DNA of 64,000 nucleotides from Elusimicrobiota bacterium (GTDB lineage Bacteria; Elusimicrobiota; Elusimicrobia; UBA1565; JACRDR01). Position numbers and translations under genes: made by a program. Below the pieces are notes generated by a model. It worked only from the letters and a program-made list of their open reading frames with translations, was not told where the DNA came from and did no database searches. Below are positions 32,160 to 42,016 of the stretch, piece after piece (positions within the stretch are counted from its first letter, which is position 1; each line of letters opens with the position of its first letter). The stretch lies in the NCBI GenBank assembly GCA_041694815.1, contig JBGFSC010000004.1, positions 32,001 to 96,000 on the forward strand, written 5' to 3'.

Positions 32160-33470
32160 GTGATCGAGCGTTATGCGAGGCCGCAAATGGCCCGGATCTG
32201 GTCGGAGGAGAACCGCCTCAAGCGGATGCTGGAGGTGGAGATTGCCCTTCTGAGGGCCTTGGCGCCGAAGAAGAGCATTCCGCCCGCGGAGATTTCGACG
32301 GTCGAAAACCTGTTGAGGAAATCGATGGTGGACGCCGTCAAGCGCGGGGAGGCCAAGAGCGGCCATGAGGTGGTCAGCCTGATTCAGGCGGTTTCGGCGC
32401 AGGTATCGAAGCAGGCCCCCGCTGTGCACCGCTATTTCCATTACGGTTTGACGTCCTCGGACGTGCTCGACACCGCCTTCGCGCTGCAGCTAGTCGAGGC
32501 CGCCGCGCTCCTGCTGGAAGGGTGGAAATCGGTCGCTTCCAAGATTCGGGCGCTCGCGCGGCGACATGAGGGCGCCTGGATGGCGGGGCGCACCCATGGG
32601 GTCCACGCCGAGCCGATCACTTTCGGCGCCAAACTGGCCGGCTGGCACGCGGAGGCGCTGCGCAACGAGGAGCGCCTGCGGCGCGCCAAGGGCCTCATCG
32701 CTTTCGGGAAGGCCTCCGGCGCAGTGGGAGCATTCACCCAGCTGACCCCTGATCTGGAGCGGGAGCTCTGCCGCGCGCTCAAGCTGGAGCCCGAGCCCGT
32801 CAGCACCCAGGTCGTGCCGAGGGACCGGCATGCCGATTATTTCCACGCCCTGGTGCTTTCGGCCGCCGCGATAGAGCGCTTCGCCGTCGAGATCCGGCAC
32901 TTGCAGAAGACGGAGGTCCTGGAGCTCGAGGAGCCCTTTTCGGAGAATCAGAAGGGCTCCTCCGCCATGCCCCACAAGCGCAATCCCGTCTTGTGCGAGA
33001 ACCTATGCGGGCTTTCCAGGATGATCCGCTCCTACGAATCCGCGGTGGTGGAAAACGTGCCCTTATGGCACGAGCGGGATATCACGCACTCCTCGGTGGA
33101 GCGCGTGGTCTTTCCCGACGCCTGCCTGCTTTTGGACTTCATGCTCCATCGCTTCGCCTCCGTCCTCGACGGCCTGCAAGTCTATCCCAAGCGGATGCGC
33201 GCCAACCTCGAGAGCTCGCTCGGGTTGATCTTCTCACAGCGCGTGTTGCTGCGCTTGATCGACCGGGGCCTGGGGCGCTTGGAGGCCTACGACGCGGTTC
33301 AGCGCTGCGCCATGAAGGCGTTCAAGCGCCGCGAGCCCCTGCTCGGCGTGCTCCTCGCCGATAAGACGGTCGCGCGCTCCCTCTCCCCTAAGGAGCTGCG
33401 CGAATGCTTCGAGCTTTCCGGGTATAAGAAGGCAGTCCAGGATATCCTCAAGCGCGGGGGCGTGCTCTGA
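32160..33470 (+). CDS. purB: Adenylosuccinate lyase
   Basis: MIERY, GRTHGVHAEP, GSSAMPHKRNP. Confidence 0.96.
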   Translation: MIERYARPQMARIWSEENRLKRMLEVEIALLRALAPKKSIPPAEISTVENLLRKSMVDAVKRGEAKSGHEVVSLIQAVSAQVSKQAPAVHRYFHYGLTSSDVLDTAFALQLVEAAALLLEGWKSVASKIRALARRHEGAWMAGRTHGVHAEPITFGAKLAGWHAEALRNEERLRRAKGLIAFGKASGAVGAFTQLTPDLERELCRALKLEPEPVSTQVVPRDRHADYFHALVLSAAAIERFAVEIRHLQKTEVLELEEPFSENQKGSSAMPHKRNPVLCENLCGLSRMIRSYESAVVENVPLWHERDITHSSVERVVFPDACLLLDFMLHRFASVLDGLQVYPKRMRANLESSLGLIFSQRVLLRLIDRGLGRLEAYDAVQRCAMKAFKRREPLLGVLLADKTVARSLSPKELRECFELSGYKKAVQDILKRGGVL

Positions 33471-34222
33471 CCATCGCCCTGCTCACGGATTTCGGCTTGC
33501 GCGATCCCTTCGTGGGGATCGTCAAGGGCGTGATTCTATCGCGCTCGCCGTCGGCGCGCATCGTGGACTTGTCCCATGGAATCCCCCCGCAGGATCTGCG
33601 CGCGGCCGCCTTGGCGCTGCGCTCGGCCGTCGATTATTTCCCGGAGAATACCCTTTTCGTCTGCGTTGTTGATCCGGGGGTCGGCTCCCAGCGCAGGATC
33701 TTGTGGGCCCGCTCGGACCGCCACCAGTTCCTGGCCCCCGACAACGGCCTCTTGAGCTGGGCGGCGGCCCTTCGCCCGCTCAAGGAGCTGCGAGAGGTGC
33801 GCAACCGCCGCCTATTTTTGAGAGGCGTCGGCTCGACCTTTCACGGGAGGGACCGCTTCGCGCCCGTCGCGGCCCAGCTGCACGAGGGGCTGGAGCCTGC
33901 CCGGCTCGGGCCGAGGGTGCGCTCCTTCGCGCGCATCCCTTTTCCCCCCGTCCAGCGCTCCGGCCGTGCGCTCATCGGCGAGATACTGGTGGTCGATCAT
34001 TTCGGCAACGCGGTGACGAATTTGGAGTCCTCCCGGCTTAAGGGCCGAAGGATCCGTTTCGCCGGCCGCGACCTGGGTCCCCTGCGGCCTAGCTACTCTT
34101 CAGTGCCGAGAGGAAGTGCAGTGGTCGTCTCGGGCTCCCTGGGCCTGGCGGAGCTGTCGGTGCGCGAAGGCGATTTCGCGCGGGACTTTGCGGCAAGAGT
34201 GGGGGACCCTGTCCATGCCTGA
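33467..34222 (+). CDS. SAM hydroxide adenosyltransferase / chlorinase-fluorinase family (DUF62)
   Basis: IALLTDFG, VVDPGVGS, APDNG, STFHGRD, DHFGN; start inferred at CTG. Confidence 0.9.
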   Translation: MTIALLTDFGLRDPFVGIVKGVILSRSPSARIVDLSHGIPPQDLRAAALALRSAVDYFPENTLFVCVVDPGVGSQRRILWARSDRHQFLAPDNGLLSWAAALRPLKELREVRNRRLFLRGVGSTFHGRDRFAPVAAQLHEGLEPARLGPRVRSFARIPFPPVQRSGRALIGEILVVDHFGNAVTNLESSRLKGRRIRFAGRDLGPLRPSYSSVPRGSAVVVSGSLGLAELSVREGDFARDFAARVGDPVHA

Positions 34223-35405
34223 TGCCTTGCTTACCGTACGGCTTAAGCCCAACGAGGAGAAACGGATCTTGGCGGGTCACGCGTGGGTATTTTCCAACGA
34301 GATCGAGTCGGTGACGGGAGCTCCCGGCCCCGGAGACGCCGTCGTGGCCGAAACCTCCCGGGGGGCCCTTCTCGGCATCGGCTTTTACCACCCCCACAGC
34401 CTCATCGCCTGGCGGCTCCTATCGAGGCGTGCGGAACCGCTGGACCTGGAATTCTTCAAGCGCCGCCTGGGCCGCGCGGCGCAGTACCGCGAGTCCCTGT
34501 ACCCCGGGCTCAGGTCGTATCGCCTTTGCTTCGGCGAGTCCGACGCTTTGCCCGGACTGGTGATCGACCGCTATGAGGACGTCTTCGTGCTCGAGCTTCT
34601 TTCGGCGGGCATGGAACGGCGGTTGGAGCTCATCGCCCAGGCGCTGGAGGAATTGTTCTCCCCGCGCGGCGTCTATCTCAAAAACGACCATCCGGCGCGT
34701 TCGCTCGAGGGGCTGTCGCTCCAGTCGCGCGTCCTTTCGGGGGAAGTGCCTCCGCGCGTGCAGATCGAGGAGGGGGGGCTGCGCTTCTCCGTGGGGCTGA
34801 CGGAAGGGCAGAAAACTGGCTTTTACTTCGACCAGCGGGACAACCGCGCCTGCCTGCAGCCCTACTTTAAGGGCCGCAACGTGCTCGACCTCTACAGCTA
34901 TGTGGGAGCTTTCGCGCTGCGCGCGGCCAAAGCCGGGGCGCGGCAGGTCTTCGGGCTCGACAGCTCGGCCGCGGCGATTGGCCTGGCCCGGGAGAACGCG
35001 GCGCTTAACGGCCTCGAGCAGCTCTGCCACTTCGACGAGGGCGACGCCGAGGAGGTGCTGGAGGCTTTCGGGTCTTCCGCGCAGCCCTTCGCTCCCGATT
35101 TCATCCTTCTCGATCCGCCGAGCTTCGCCCCTTCCAAGAAGCACCTGCTCAAGGCCCTGCGCGCCTATACGCGCCTTAACACCGCCGCGGCCCGCTGCCT
35201 TCCGCCGGGGGGGCTATTGGCGTCGAGCACCTGTTCGCACCACGTCGGCAGGGAGGCGTTCGTCGGCATGCTGCGCGAGGCCACGGCGAAGGCCGGCCGC
35301 TCCTGCCGCCTCTTGGAGCTGCGCACGCAGGCCAAGGACCATCCGATCCTGCTCGCGATGCCGGAGACGCAGTACCTCCACTTCGCGCTGCTCGAAGTCA
35401 CGTGA
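34215..35405 (+). CDS. RlmI/RlmK-like class I SAM-dependent rRNA methyltransferase
   Basis: GHAWVFSNE PUA-like domain, GQKTGFYFDQR, LDPPSF. Confidence 0.9.
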   Translation: MPDALLTVRLKPNEEKRILAGHAWVFSNEIESVTGAPGPGDAVVAETSRGALLGIGFYHPHSLIAWRLLSRRAEPLDLEFFKRRLGRAAQYRESLYPGLRSYRLCFGESDALPGLVIDRYEDVFVLELLSAGMERRLELIAQALEELFSPRGVYLKNDHPARSLEGLSLQSRVLSGEVPPRVQIEEGGLRFSVGLTEGQKTGFYFDQRDNRACLQPYFKGRNVLDLYSYVGAFALRAAKAGARQVFGLDSSAAAIGLARENAALNGLEQLCHFDEGDAEEVLEAFGSSAQPFAPDFILLDPPSFAPSKKHLLKALRAYTRLNTAAARCLPPGGLLASSTCSHHVGREAFVGMLREATAKAGRSCRLLELRTQAKDHPILLAMPETQYLHFALLEVT

Positions 35406-37165
35406 GAGGCGACGGCGCGCTGCAGCGGCTGCTGCGCGTCATCCAACGCAAGCATGAGGCAGGCCTCGCCGAGAAGCGCCTCCGGTACGCGGCGGAGCTC
35501 TCCTTGCGCGTGGCCGCCGGTACGGCCTTAGACGGCCTGCGCTTTTTGGGCTCCGAAAGGCAGGGCGGCGCCGAGGAGCTGTTGTTCGCCTGCCCGCGAA
35601 ACGATTCGAGGCTAAGGCCGGGCAGCCGCCTGCTGCTGAGCCGCGGCGACCCGAGTCGTCCGGCCGCCAGGGTCGAACTCGTCGATGACCGCGTCGAGAA
35701 CGGGGGTTGCGTATTGCGCCTGGCCCTGTTGGCGCGAGAGGACGGCTCGGCTTGGTCGGGCGACGGGTGGGTCCTAGACGAGGACCACGTCGACCTTCGA
35801 GGGATCGAGCTGTCGATATTGGATTTGTCGGCCGAGGCGGGGCTCGAGTCCTGGCTGGAGGGAGGCGATAGGCCTTCGGCCCCGGAAGGCGCTATGGGGC
35901 AGGGCGGATTGGACGAGGCCTTTGACCGCGCTTCCTTGGACGGGCCGTGGGACGCCTTCCAGGGGCCGCCGGGTACAGGGAAGACTCATTTGTTGGCCCG
36001 GGTCGCCTTGGACGCGGCGTTGAACAAGGGGCGGCGAGTGCTGGTCACGGCCGTCTCGCACCAGGCGATCGGCAACGCGCTTTCCCAGTGCTACTGGCAT
36101 GCGGCCGAAAGGAGCGACGAGGCCGCAAGGGCCCTGAGGCGTGAGGGATTTTTCAAGATCGGCAGTTCCCGCGTGGCGATGGCGGCCCTTCCCGCCGATA
36201 TCCGCTCGGCTAGGCGCCTGCCGAAGGCGCCGGGCCCCTGGATCGCGGGAGCCACCCTGTACGCGCTTTTTGCCGGCGTGGAGGAGTCCTCGCAGCTTCC
36301 GCTCGCCGATCTCGCGCTGTTTGACGAGGCCGGTCAAGCGCCGCTTGTCTTGGGTTTGGGCGCGCGTCTGGCCGCTCGGCGCGCCGTTTTTATCGGCGAT
36401 GATCGGCAGCTCCCTCCCGTTCATGCCCTATCGTCGGAGGAGGAACGGGAGGAGGCGGCGTCCGAGTCCGTGCTGCAGATGGTCCGCGCGCGCTACGGTC
36501 CGCCCTTTTTTCTCAGCCAAACGCGGCGCATGAACGCGGAACTATGCCGCGCCGTCAGTGACTGCTTCTACGGGGGCGGGCTCTCCTCCGTCGAGTCGGC
36601 GGCCAGCAGGCGCCTGCCGCTCCGAGGGCCGCCGAGGCCCCCTTTCGACGGGATCTTGGCCGCCGAGCACAGCCTCGTCTTCCTGGACGTGAGGGAAAAG
36701 GCCTCGCGCTCCTTCTCGGATTCCCAGGCGCGCTGGGCCGCAGCGGCGGCCGCGGAGGCGGTGCGTTGCGGCATCGCGCCGCGAGAGATCGGGTTCATAT
36801 CGCCGTTCAGGGCGCAGTGCAACCGCATCCGCAGGCATCTGCAGGAAATCGGCGTGGCCCATGAAGAGATGCTGGTGAGCACCGTCGAACGGTTCCAGGG
36901 GCAGGAGCGCGAGATGATCGTACTCTCCTGGGCATCCTCGGACGCGTCGTACCTTGCCCGGACCAGGGGCTTTTTGTTCTCGGCCCAGCGCCTCAATGTC
37001 GCCGTTAGCCGCGCCAGGACCAAGGTGCTTTTTATCGGAGCCCTCGAGCCCTTGGAGGAATTCGCGCGCTCCGCGGATCCGGACGATCCGGCGGCCGAGG
37101 GTGCCAGGGCCTTCTTGCGCCTGCTCTCGCATGCCAGGGTGTTCCGGGGACTGGAGCCGGCATGA
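35402..37165 (+). CDS. Upf1/Dna2-like superfamily 1 helicase
   Basis: GPPGTGKT, DEAGQ, GDDRQLPP, TVERFQGQE, RLNVAVSRA. Confidence 0.88.
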   Translation: MRGDGALQRLLRVIQRKHEAGLAEKRLRYAAELSLRVAAGTALDGLRFLGSERQGGAEELLFACPRNDSRLRPGSRLLLSRGDPSRPAARVELVDDRVENGGCVLRLALLAREDGSAWSGDGWVLDEDHVDLRGIELSILDLSAEAGLESWLEGGDRPSAPEGAMGQGGLDEAFDRASLDGPWDAFQGPPGTGKTHLLARVALDAALNKGRRVLVTAVSHQAIGNALSQCYWHAAERSDEAARALRREGFFKIGSSRVAMAALPADIRSARRLPKAPGPWIAGATLYALFAGVEESSQLPLADLALFDEAGQAPLVLGLGARLAARRAVFIGDDRQLPPVHALSSEEEREEAASESVLQMVRARYGPPFFLSQTRRMNAELCRAVSDCFYGGGLSSVESAASRRLPLRGPPRPPFDGILAAEHSLVFLDVREKASRSFSDSQARWAAAAAAEAVRCGIAPREIGFISPFRAQCNRIRRHLQEIGVAHEEMLVSTVERFQGQEREMIVLSWASSDASYLARTRGFLFSAQRLNVAVSRARTKVLFIGALEPLEEFARSADPDDPAAEGARAFLRLLSHARVFRGLEPA

Positions 37166-37962
37166 GGCTGCGCTGGAAAATGGCCGTGGGCGCGGGCTCG
37201 ATCTTGGCTTCAGCGACCGCCGCCTATATCCTATGGCTTCCCGACGTGTCCTTCCTCGCGCTCGAGAACCCCAGGTCCACCGCCTATATCGAGCATTACG
37301 TCAAGCGCAGCGTCCGCCAGGGGAGGAAGCCCGCGGTATTCATGCGATGGGTCCCCTTGTCGCACATCTCTCCCCACTTGGCCCATGCCGTGGTGATCGC
37401 CGAAGACGACATGTTCTACCGGCATGGGGGCGTGGATTGGGAGTCCCTGCAGAAGGCCTTCGATTACAACCTCCGACGAGGCCGTTTCGCGCGCGGCGCG
37501 AGCACTATCACCCAGCAGACCGCCCGCAACCTCTTTCTGTCTCCTTCGAGGAACCCTTTGCGCAAGATAAAGGAGACGCTCATCGCATGGAAGCTGGAGC
37601 GGGCCCTGACCAAGGACCGCATCCTGGAGATCTATCTCAATATCGCGGAGTGGGGCGTCGGGATCTACGGGGTCCAGGCCGCCAGCCGCGCGTATTTCGG
37701 CAAGGATGCTTCCCAGATCAATCCCGAGGAGGCCGCCGCCCTCGCGGCCGCCCTGCCGAGCCCCTGGCGCTGGAACCCCTTGCGGGAGGCGGGGCCGAAG
37801 ATGCTCCGCCGGCGCGAGGTGCTTCTCGAGCGCATGCAGCGCGCCGGCTACCTTCCGGGCGGCGACTTAGCTGAGGTGGCGCGGGTGGACATGTCGACGA
37901 CTCCGGTGCGCCCCTCGCCTCGTCGGCCCGCAGCCGAACAATATAGGTCCTTAGACCCATAA
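37162..37962 (+). CDS. mtgA: Monofunctional peptidoglycan transglycosylase
   Basis: AEDDMFYRHGGVD, GASTITQQTARNLF, RKIKE, KDRILEIYLN. Confidence 0.92.
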   Translation: MRLRWKMAVGAGSILASATAAYILWLPDVSFLALENPRSTAYIEHYVKRSVRQGRKPAVFMRWVPLSHISPHLAHAVVIAEDDMFYRHGGVDWESLQKAFDYNLRRGRFARGASTITQQTARNLFLSPSRNPLRKIKETLIAWKLERALTKDRILEIYLNIAEWGVGIYGVQAASRAYFGKDASQINPEEAAALAAALPSPWRWNPLREAGPKMLRRREVLLERMQRAGYLPGGDLAEVARVDMSTTPVRPSPRRPAAEQYRSLDP

Positions 37963-37982
37963 CGTGAGGACCTTTGGACCCA
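37944..37982. promoter_or_regulatory. Two palindromic boxes at 23-bp period upstream of the S8 peptidase gene
   Basis: TAGGTC-CTTA-GACCCA (37944) and AGGACC-TTTG-GACCCA (37967); TATCCT -10 at 38005. Confidence 0.6.
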
Positions 37983-38046
37983 TGCGCGTCCTAGGCCTTT
38001 TCAGTATCCTGCCCGCATGAAGCGGTTCTCAGGGAGGGAGAAAATC

Positions 38047-39294
38047 ATGAGGGGTTGGATCACGCTCGTTTTCGTCTTGTGCCACGCGTCCATCGGCTCG
38101 GCGCAGCTGACCGTCAAGGGCCAGAAGAGCCCGCGCTCGGAGCGGCGCATCCTCGTCGGCTTCAAGCCGGGAGTCGACAGGGGAGAGCGCGTCAGCGTCT
38201 TGAAAACCCTGGGCCTGGAGCCTGCCGAGGAGATACGCTCGCTGGGGGTGGTGGTGGCGCAGCCCTCGCAAGAGGAGTTCCGCACCGCCGCCGTGGCGAG
38301 GATATCCCAGCACCCCTCCATCCTGACGGCCGAAGAGGACGTCTGGATACAATGGGATCTCGAGGACGCTCCCGCCGGCTCCTTCCATCAGACGCCGATG
38401 CCGTCTCTCGGCGAACTTTCGGGCCAATTGCCTTCCTTCAAGCGCGAAGAGCTCGGCGACAGGGAAATCCCCTGGGGCGTGCGGCGGGTTAACGCTCCCA
38501 CGGTCTGGGCCAAGAATCGCGGAGAGGGAGTGCGCGTCGCCGTGATCGATACCGGCGTCGACTTCCGCCATCCGGACCTCGCGCCGAACCTCTCGGGCGG
38601 CCTCAATACCTTCGATGAGCAGGCCCCTCCGCTCGATGATCAGGGCCACGGCACGGCGATGGCCGGCATCGTAGCGGCGGTCAAGGACGGCCGTGGCGTG
38701 GTGGGGGTGGCGCCCAAGGCGAAGCTTTACGCCGTGAAGGTGGCCGACGCCACCGGCGGCGGACGGCTCTCAAACATGATCGAGGGCATACTCTGGTGCG
38801 CCGATCAGCGCATGCATGTCGCCAACATCTCGATGGGCATGAAGATGGACAGCGCCTTCCTCAACCGCGCGATCAAGTACGCGGTGAGCCGAGGCGTCAC
38901 GATCGTGGCGGCCGCCGGGAATTCCGGCCGAACCGTCGACCCCTCCGTGTCTTATCCGGCGGCCTACCCCGAGGTTATCGCGGTCTCGGCGGGCGATCCC
39001 AACGATCAAATCGCCGGTTTCTCGAGCCGGGGACCTGAGATCGACTTCCTGGCGCCTGGGGTGCAGATCCTTTCCGCCGAGATGGGCGGAGGTACGGCGG
39101 CGCATTCGGGGACTTCCCCGGCCGCCCCGCACGTGGCGGGCCTGGCGGCGCTGGCCGTCGCGCAGGGAGCCAAGAGCCCTGCCGCCGTGCGCTCGGCCTT
39201 GGACGCGGCTGCGGTCAAGGTCAGCGGGCTCGGCCCGGCGGAGCAGGGTGCCGGCGTCATCGACGCCGCGCGGCTGATCCATAAAGCTCGTTAG
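38047..39294 (+). CDS. Subtilisin-like S8 serine peptidase, secreted
   Basis: Signal peptide and prodomain; VIDTG, GHGT, AAAGN, GTSPAAPHVAG; alternative start at 38017. Confidence 0.93.
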   Translation: MRGWITLVFVLCHASIGSAQLTVKGQKSPRSERRILVGFKPGVDRGERVSVLKTLGLEPAEEIRSLGVVVAQPSQEEFRTAAVARISQHPSILTAEEDVWIQWDLEDAPAGSFHQTPMPSLGELSGQLPSFKREELGDREIPWGVRRVNAPTVWAKNRGEGVRVAVIDTGVDFRHPDLAPNLSGGLNTFDEQAPPLDDQGHGTAMAGIVAAVKDGRGVVGVAPKAKLYAVKVADATGGGRLSNMIEGILWCADQRMHVANISMGMKMDSAFLNRAIKYAVSRGVTIVAAAGNSGRTVDPSVSYPAAYPEVIAVSAGDPNDQIAGFSSRGPEIDFLAPGVQILSAEMGGGTAAHSGTSPAAPHVAGLAALAVAQGAKSPAAVRSALDAAAVKVSGLGPAEQGAGVIDAARLIHKAR

Positions 39295-39331
39295 CCTGGG
39301 CCCCGGGCGCGGGTCTGTCGTCAATATTCTG

Positions 39332-40060
39332 GTGACGACCCGAGGCATTTTTGTAGTCGGGCTTTTGTTCCTCGCGTATGGGACGAGTGCGGCGGAGTCC
39401 ACAGGCACCGCCAAGAACTGGAAGGAATCGGCCGAACTCACACTGATCAATACCACCGGCAACAGCCGCGCTACGACTTACGGGGCCAAGCAGCTCTTCA
39501 CCTATAACCGAGGCCGTGCCGGCGTCGAAGTCAAGGCGGGCGCGTTGGGTTCGAAAAGCGGGCGTTCGGTCACCGCCGAGCAGTATAACGCCAGCGAGAA
39601 GGTGACCTGGAAAATCCGGGGGGCTTTCTATAACTTCGAGCGCTTCGCCTGGGACAAGAACCGCTTCGCCGGCATTCTCAACCGTTACGACGCTTCGGGA
39701 GGGTTCGGTTGGGGGTTTTTCGAGAATAGGTCGAACCAGCTGCTGGTGGAGTTCGGCGGCGCCTATATCAGCGAGGAGCGCAGCGCGTCGGGGAAGAACG
39801 AGTTCGCTTCCGGTAGGGCCTTCACGAAATTCACCAGGGCCCTGGGGCCGAATTCGCGTTTCGTCCAAGAAGGGACCTACAATCGCAATTTCAAGGACGG
39901 CCGCGATTACCGCGTCCACACCGACACGGCTTTGATCGCCTCGATCTCCACCCACCTGTCGCTGAAGGTCTCCTACGAGTGGAGGCGGGTCAACCGGCCG
40001 CCGGCGGGATTCGTCAAGGACGACACCATCACGGCCATGGCCATCATTTTAAATTACTAA
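39332..40060 (+). CDS. DUF481/YdiY-like outer-membrane beta-barrel
   Basis: NTTGNS, DKNRFAGI, alternating strands, C-terminal Tyr. Confidence 0.8.
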   Translation: MTTRGIFVVGLLFLAYGTSAAESTGTAKNWKESAELTLINTTGNSRATTYGAKQLFTYNRGRAGVEVKAGALGSKSGRSVTAEQYNASEKVTWKIRGAFYNFERFAWDKNRFAGILNRYDASGGFGWGFFENRSNQLLVEFGGAYISEERSASGKNEFASGRAFTKFTRALGPNSRFVQEGTYNRNFKDGRDYRVHTDTALIASISTHLSLKVSYEWRRVNRPPAGFVKDDTITAMAIILNY

Positions 40061-40159
40061 GGCGGTTGACGGTCCAGGTTCTCAAGGCAGCGTTTACGCG
40101 CTTCGGGCGCGTGGCTCGGCTATAGCGAGGGTCGGGCGAAAAATTCTAAAGTTATCCTG

Positions 40160-40639
40160 ATGCCGGCGATCTCGGAGCAATTCATGCAGCTGGCCATCGA
40201 GGCGGCCCGCAAGGGCTGTTCGGAGGGGGCGGGCGGCCCCTTCGGGGCCTGCATCGTCCACAAGGGGAAGGTGCTGTCGGTCGGCCACAACACGGTGCTC
40301 CGCGGGAAGAACCCGACCTTGCACGCGGAGATCTGCGCGATTAATTCGGCGACGCTTAAGCTCGGCACGCACGAGCTATCCGGCTGCGATATCTATTCGA
40401 CTACGGAGCCCTGCGTGATGTGCTTTGCGGCCATCAATTGGGCCAAGATCGGCCGCGTCTATTTCGGAACTAGGGTCAACGACGTCAAAAGGCTGGGCTT
40501 CAACGAGCTCACCATTTCCAACCGCACCCTCAAGCGGCTCGGCCGAAGCAACATCCGCCTCTATCCCGGGTTCCGCCGGAAGGAATGCCTCGAGCTGCTC
40601 GATTATTGGAAAGGCCTGCCGGGCCGCCGCACCTATTGA
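40160..40639 (+). CDS. guaD: Guanine deaminase (cytidine-deaminase fold)
   Basis: GGPFGACIV, HAE, EPCVMC; first gene of the purine catabolism operon. Confidence 0.8.
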   Translation: MPAISEQFMQLAIEAARKGCSEGAGGPFGACIVHKGKVLSVGHNTVLRGKNPTLHAEICAINSATLKLGTHELSGCDIYSTTEPCVMCFAAINWAKIGRVYFGTRVNDVKRLGFNELTISNRTLKRLGRSNIRLYPGFRRKECLELLDYWKGLPGRRTY

Positions 40640-41451
40640 TGGCCTCCTCCCAGACTCTCGCCGACTGGGTGCGCGATCTCCCCAAGCCCGCCGTCGCCTG
40701 CACCTTGGTGGAGGTAGTCGGGAGCGCGCCGCAGTCGGTCGGCGCCAGGATGTGGGTCGGAGCCGAGCGCTTCCTGGGCACGCTGGGCGGGGGGGAATTC
40801 GAACGGCGGGTCCTCGATCACGCTAGGCGAATGCTGCGCGAGGGGCGCCAAGCCCCGGCGCTCATGGAATTCGTGCTCTGCAAGGAGATGGGGCAATGCT
40901 GCGGCGGCCGCGCCCGCGTGTTCTTCGAGCCGGTGCTTCCTAAGAAATCGGCGGTCCTCTTCGGCGCGGGCCATGTGGGCCGCGCCGTGGCCGAAGTGCT
41001 CGCGGGAACTCCCGCCGATGTCCTGCTCGTCGACGGACGGCCGGAATGGGCGAAGGCCGAAGACCTGCCCTCGGGGGTCGAATCGAGGCTCGAGGACCCG
41101 CTCGCCTACGCGCGCTCGAGGCGTTGGGGGGAGCGCGACGCCTGCTGCGTCTTCACCCACAGCCACGAGCTCGATTTCCAGCTCGTTTCTTTTCTATTGC
41201 CCCAACCCCTCGGATTCCTGGGCTTGATTGGTTCCGAGCACAAGGCCGCGGTGTTCCGCGCCCGCTTGGGCTCCGGACCAGACGGGTCGGAGCTGCAGGC
41301 ACTCTGGGACGAGAAGATGCATTGCCCCCTGGGCATCCCCTTGGACAGCAAGAATCCGAAGGTGATCGCCGTCTCCATCGCCGCGGAATTGCTTCGGGAA
41401 TGGGGCCTTCGCGAACCGGAAGCTCCCGAGCTCCATGGCGCCGCTCGCTAG
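40639..41451 (+). CDS. xdhC: Xanthine dehydrogenase accessory protein
   Basis: GSAP, GTLGGG, GQCCGG, FGAGHVG, THSHELD, GLIGS. Confidence 0.92.
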   Translation: MASSQTLADWVRDLPKPAVACTLVEVVGSAPQSVGARMWVGAERFLGTLGGGEFERRVLDHARRMLREGRQAPALMEFVLCKEMGQCCGGRARVFFEPVLPKKSAVLFGAGHVGRAVAEVLAGTPADVLLVDGRPEWAKAEDLPSGVESRLEDPLAYARSRRWGERDACCVFTHSHELDFQLVSFLLPQPLGFLGLIGSEHKAAVFRARLGSGPDGSELQALWDEKMHCPLGIPLDSKNPKVIAVSIAAELLREWGLREPEAPELHGAAR

Positions 41452-42016
41452 CCAGGTCTATCTCCTGGCGGCTGGGGAAGGCCGGCGGGCCGGCGGGCCG
41501 AAGGCCTGGCGGCTATTCGAAGGGCGCTCCTTGCTCGAGCGCCAAGTGGAATTCCTTTCCCGGCTTTTTCGCCCCGAGGACATCGCCGTGACCGTGCAGG
41601 AGGGATGGCAGGAGCGCGTCCGAAAAATCGACCCGGATATCCTCTGGATTCCGGAGGATCCGAAACAGACAGCTTTGGGCGCGTTGCAGGCCCTGCTGCT
41701 CCGCTCGCCGATCCGGGATTGGGCCTTCCTCTATCACGTCGACATGCCCGTTTGGGAGAAGGGACTGTTCGAAGGGCTTTACAAGCATATCCCGGCGGCC
41801 CGGTCGCGGGGCGAGGAATCGATCGCGCCGAGCCATGGCGGGAGGAAAGGGCATCCGGTGCTGATAGCCGCCCCCCTGGCCCCGGGCATCGCCGCCCTGG
41901 ACCCGTCCACAGGCAGGCTCGACCATTGGTTGAGGGAGCGGCGGCAATCCGTCGTCGAGCTGCCGTATCCTTGCATCCATTCCAATTGGAACCATGCCAA
42001 CCTTCGCGCTGCGTAG
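41435..42016 (+). CDS. MocA/MobA-like NTP transferase (molybdenum cofactor cytidylyltransferase-like)
   Basis: LAAGEGRRAGGPKA, VDMP, GRKGHPV. Confidence 0.8.
   Translation: MAPLASQVYLLAAGEGRRAGGPKAWRLFEGRSLLERQVEFLSRLFRPEDIAVTVQEGWQERVRKIDPDILWIPEDPKQTALGALQALLLRSPIRDWAFLYHVDMPVWEKGLFEGLYKHIPAARSRGEESIAPSHGGRKGHPVLIAAPLAPGIAALDPSTGRLDHWLRERRQSVVELPYPCIHSNWNHANLRAA

Noticed and set aside
33467..34222. Halogenase (fluorinase/chlorinase) natural-product locus
   Set aside because: Housekeeping context (purB, RlmI-like gene) with no biosynthetic genes; a SAM hydrolase is more likely
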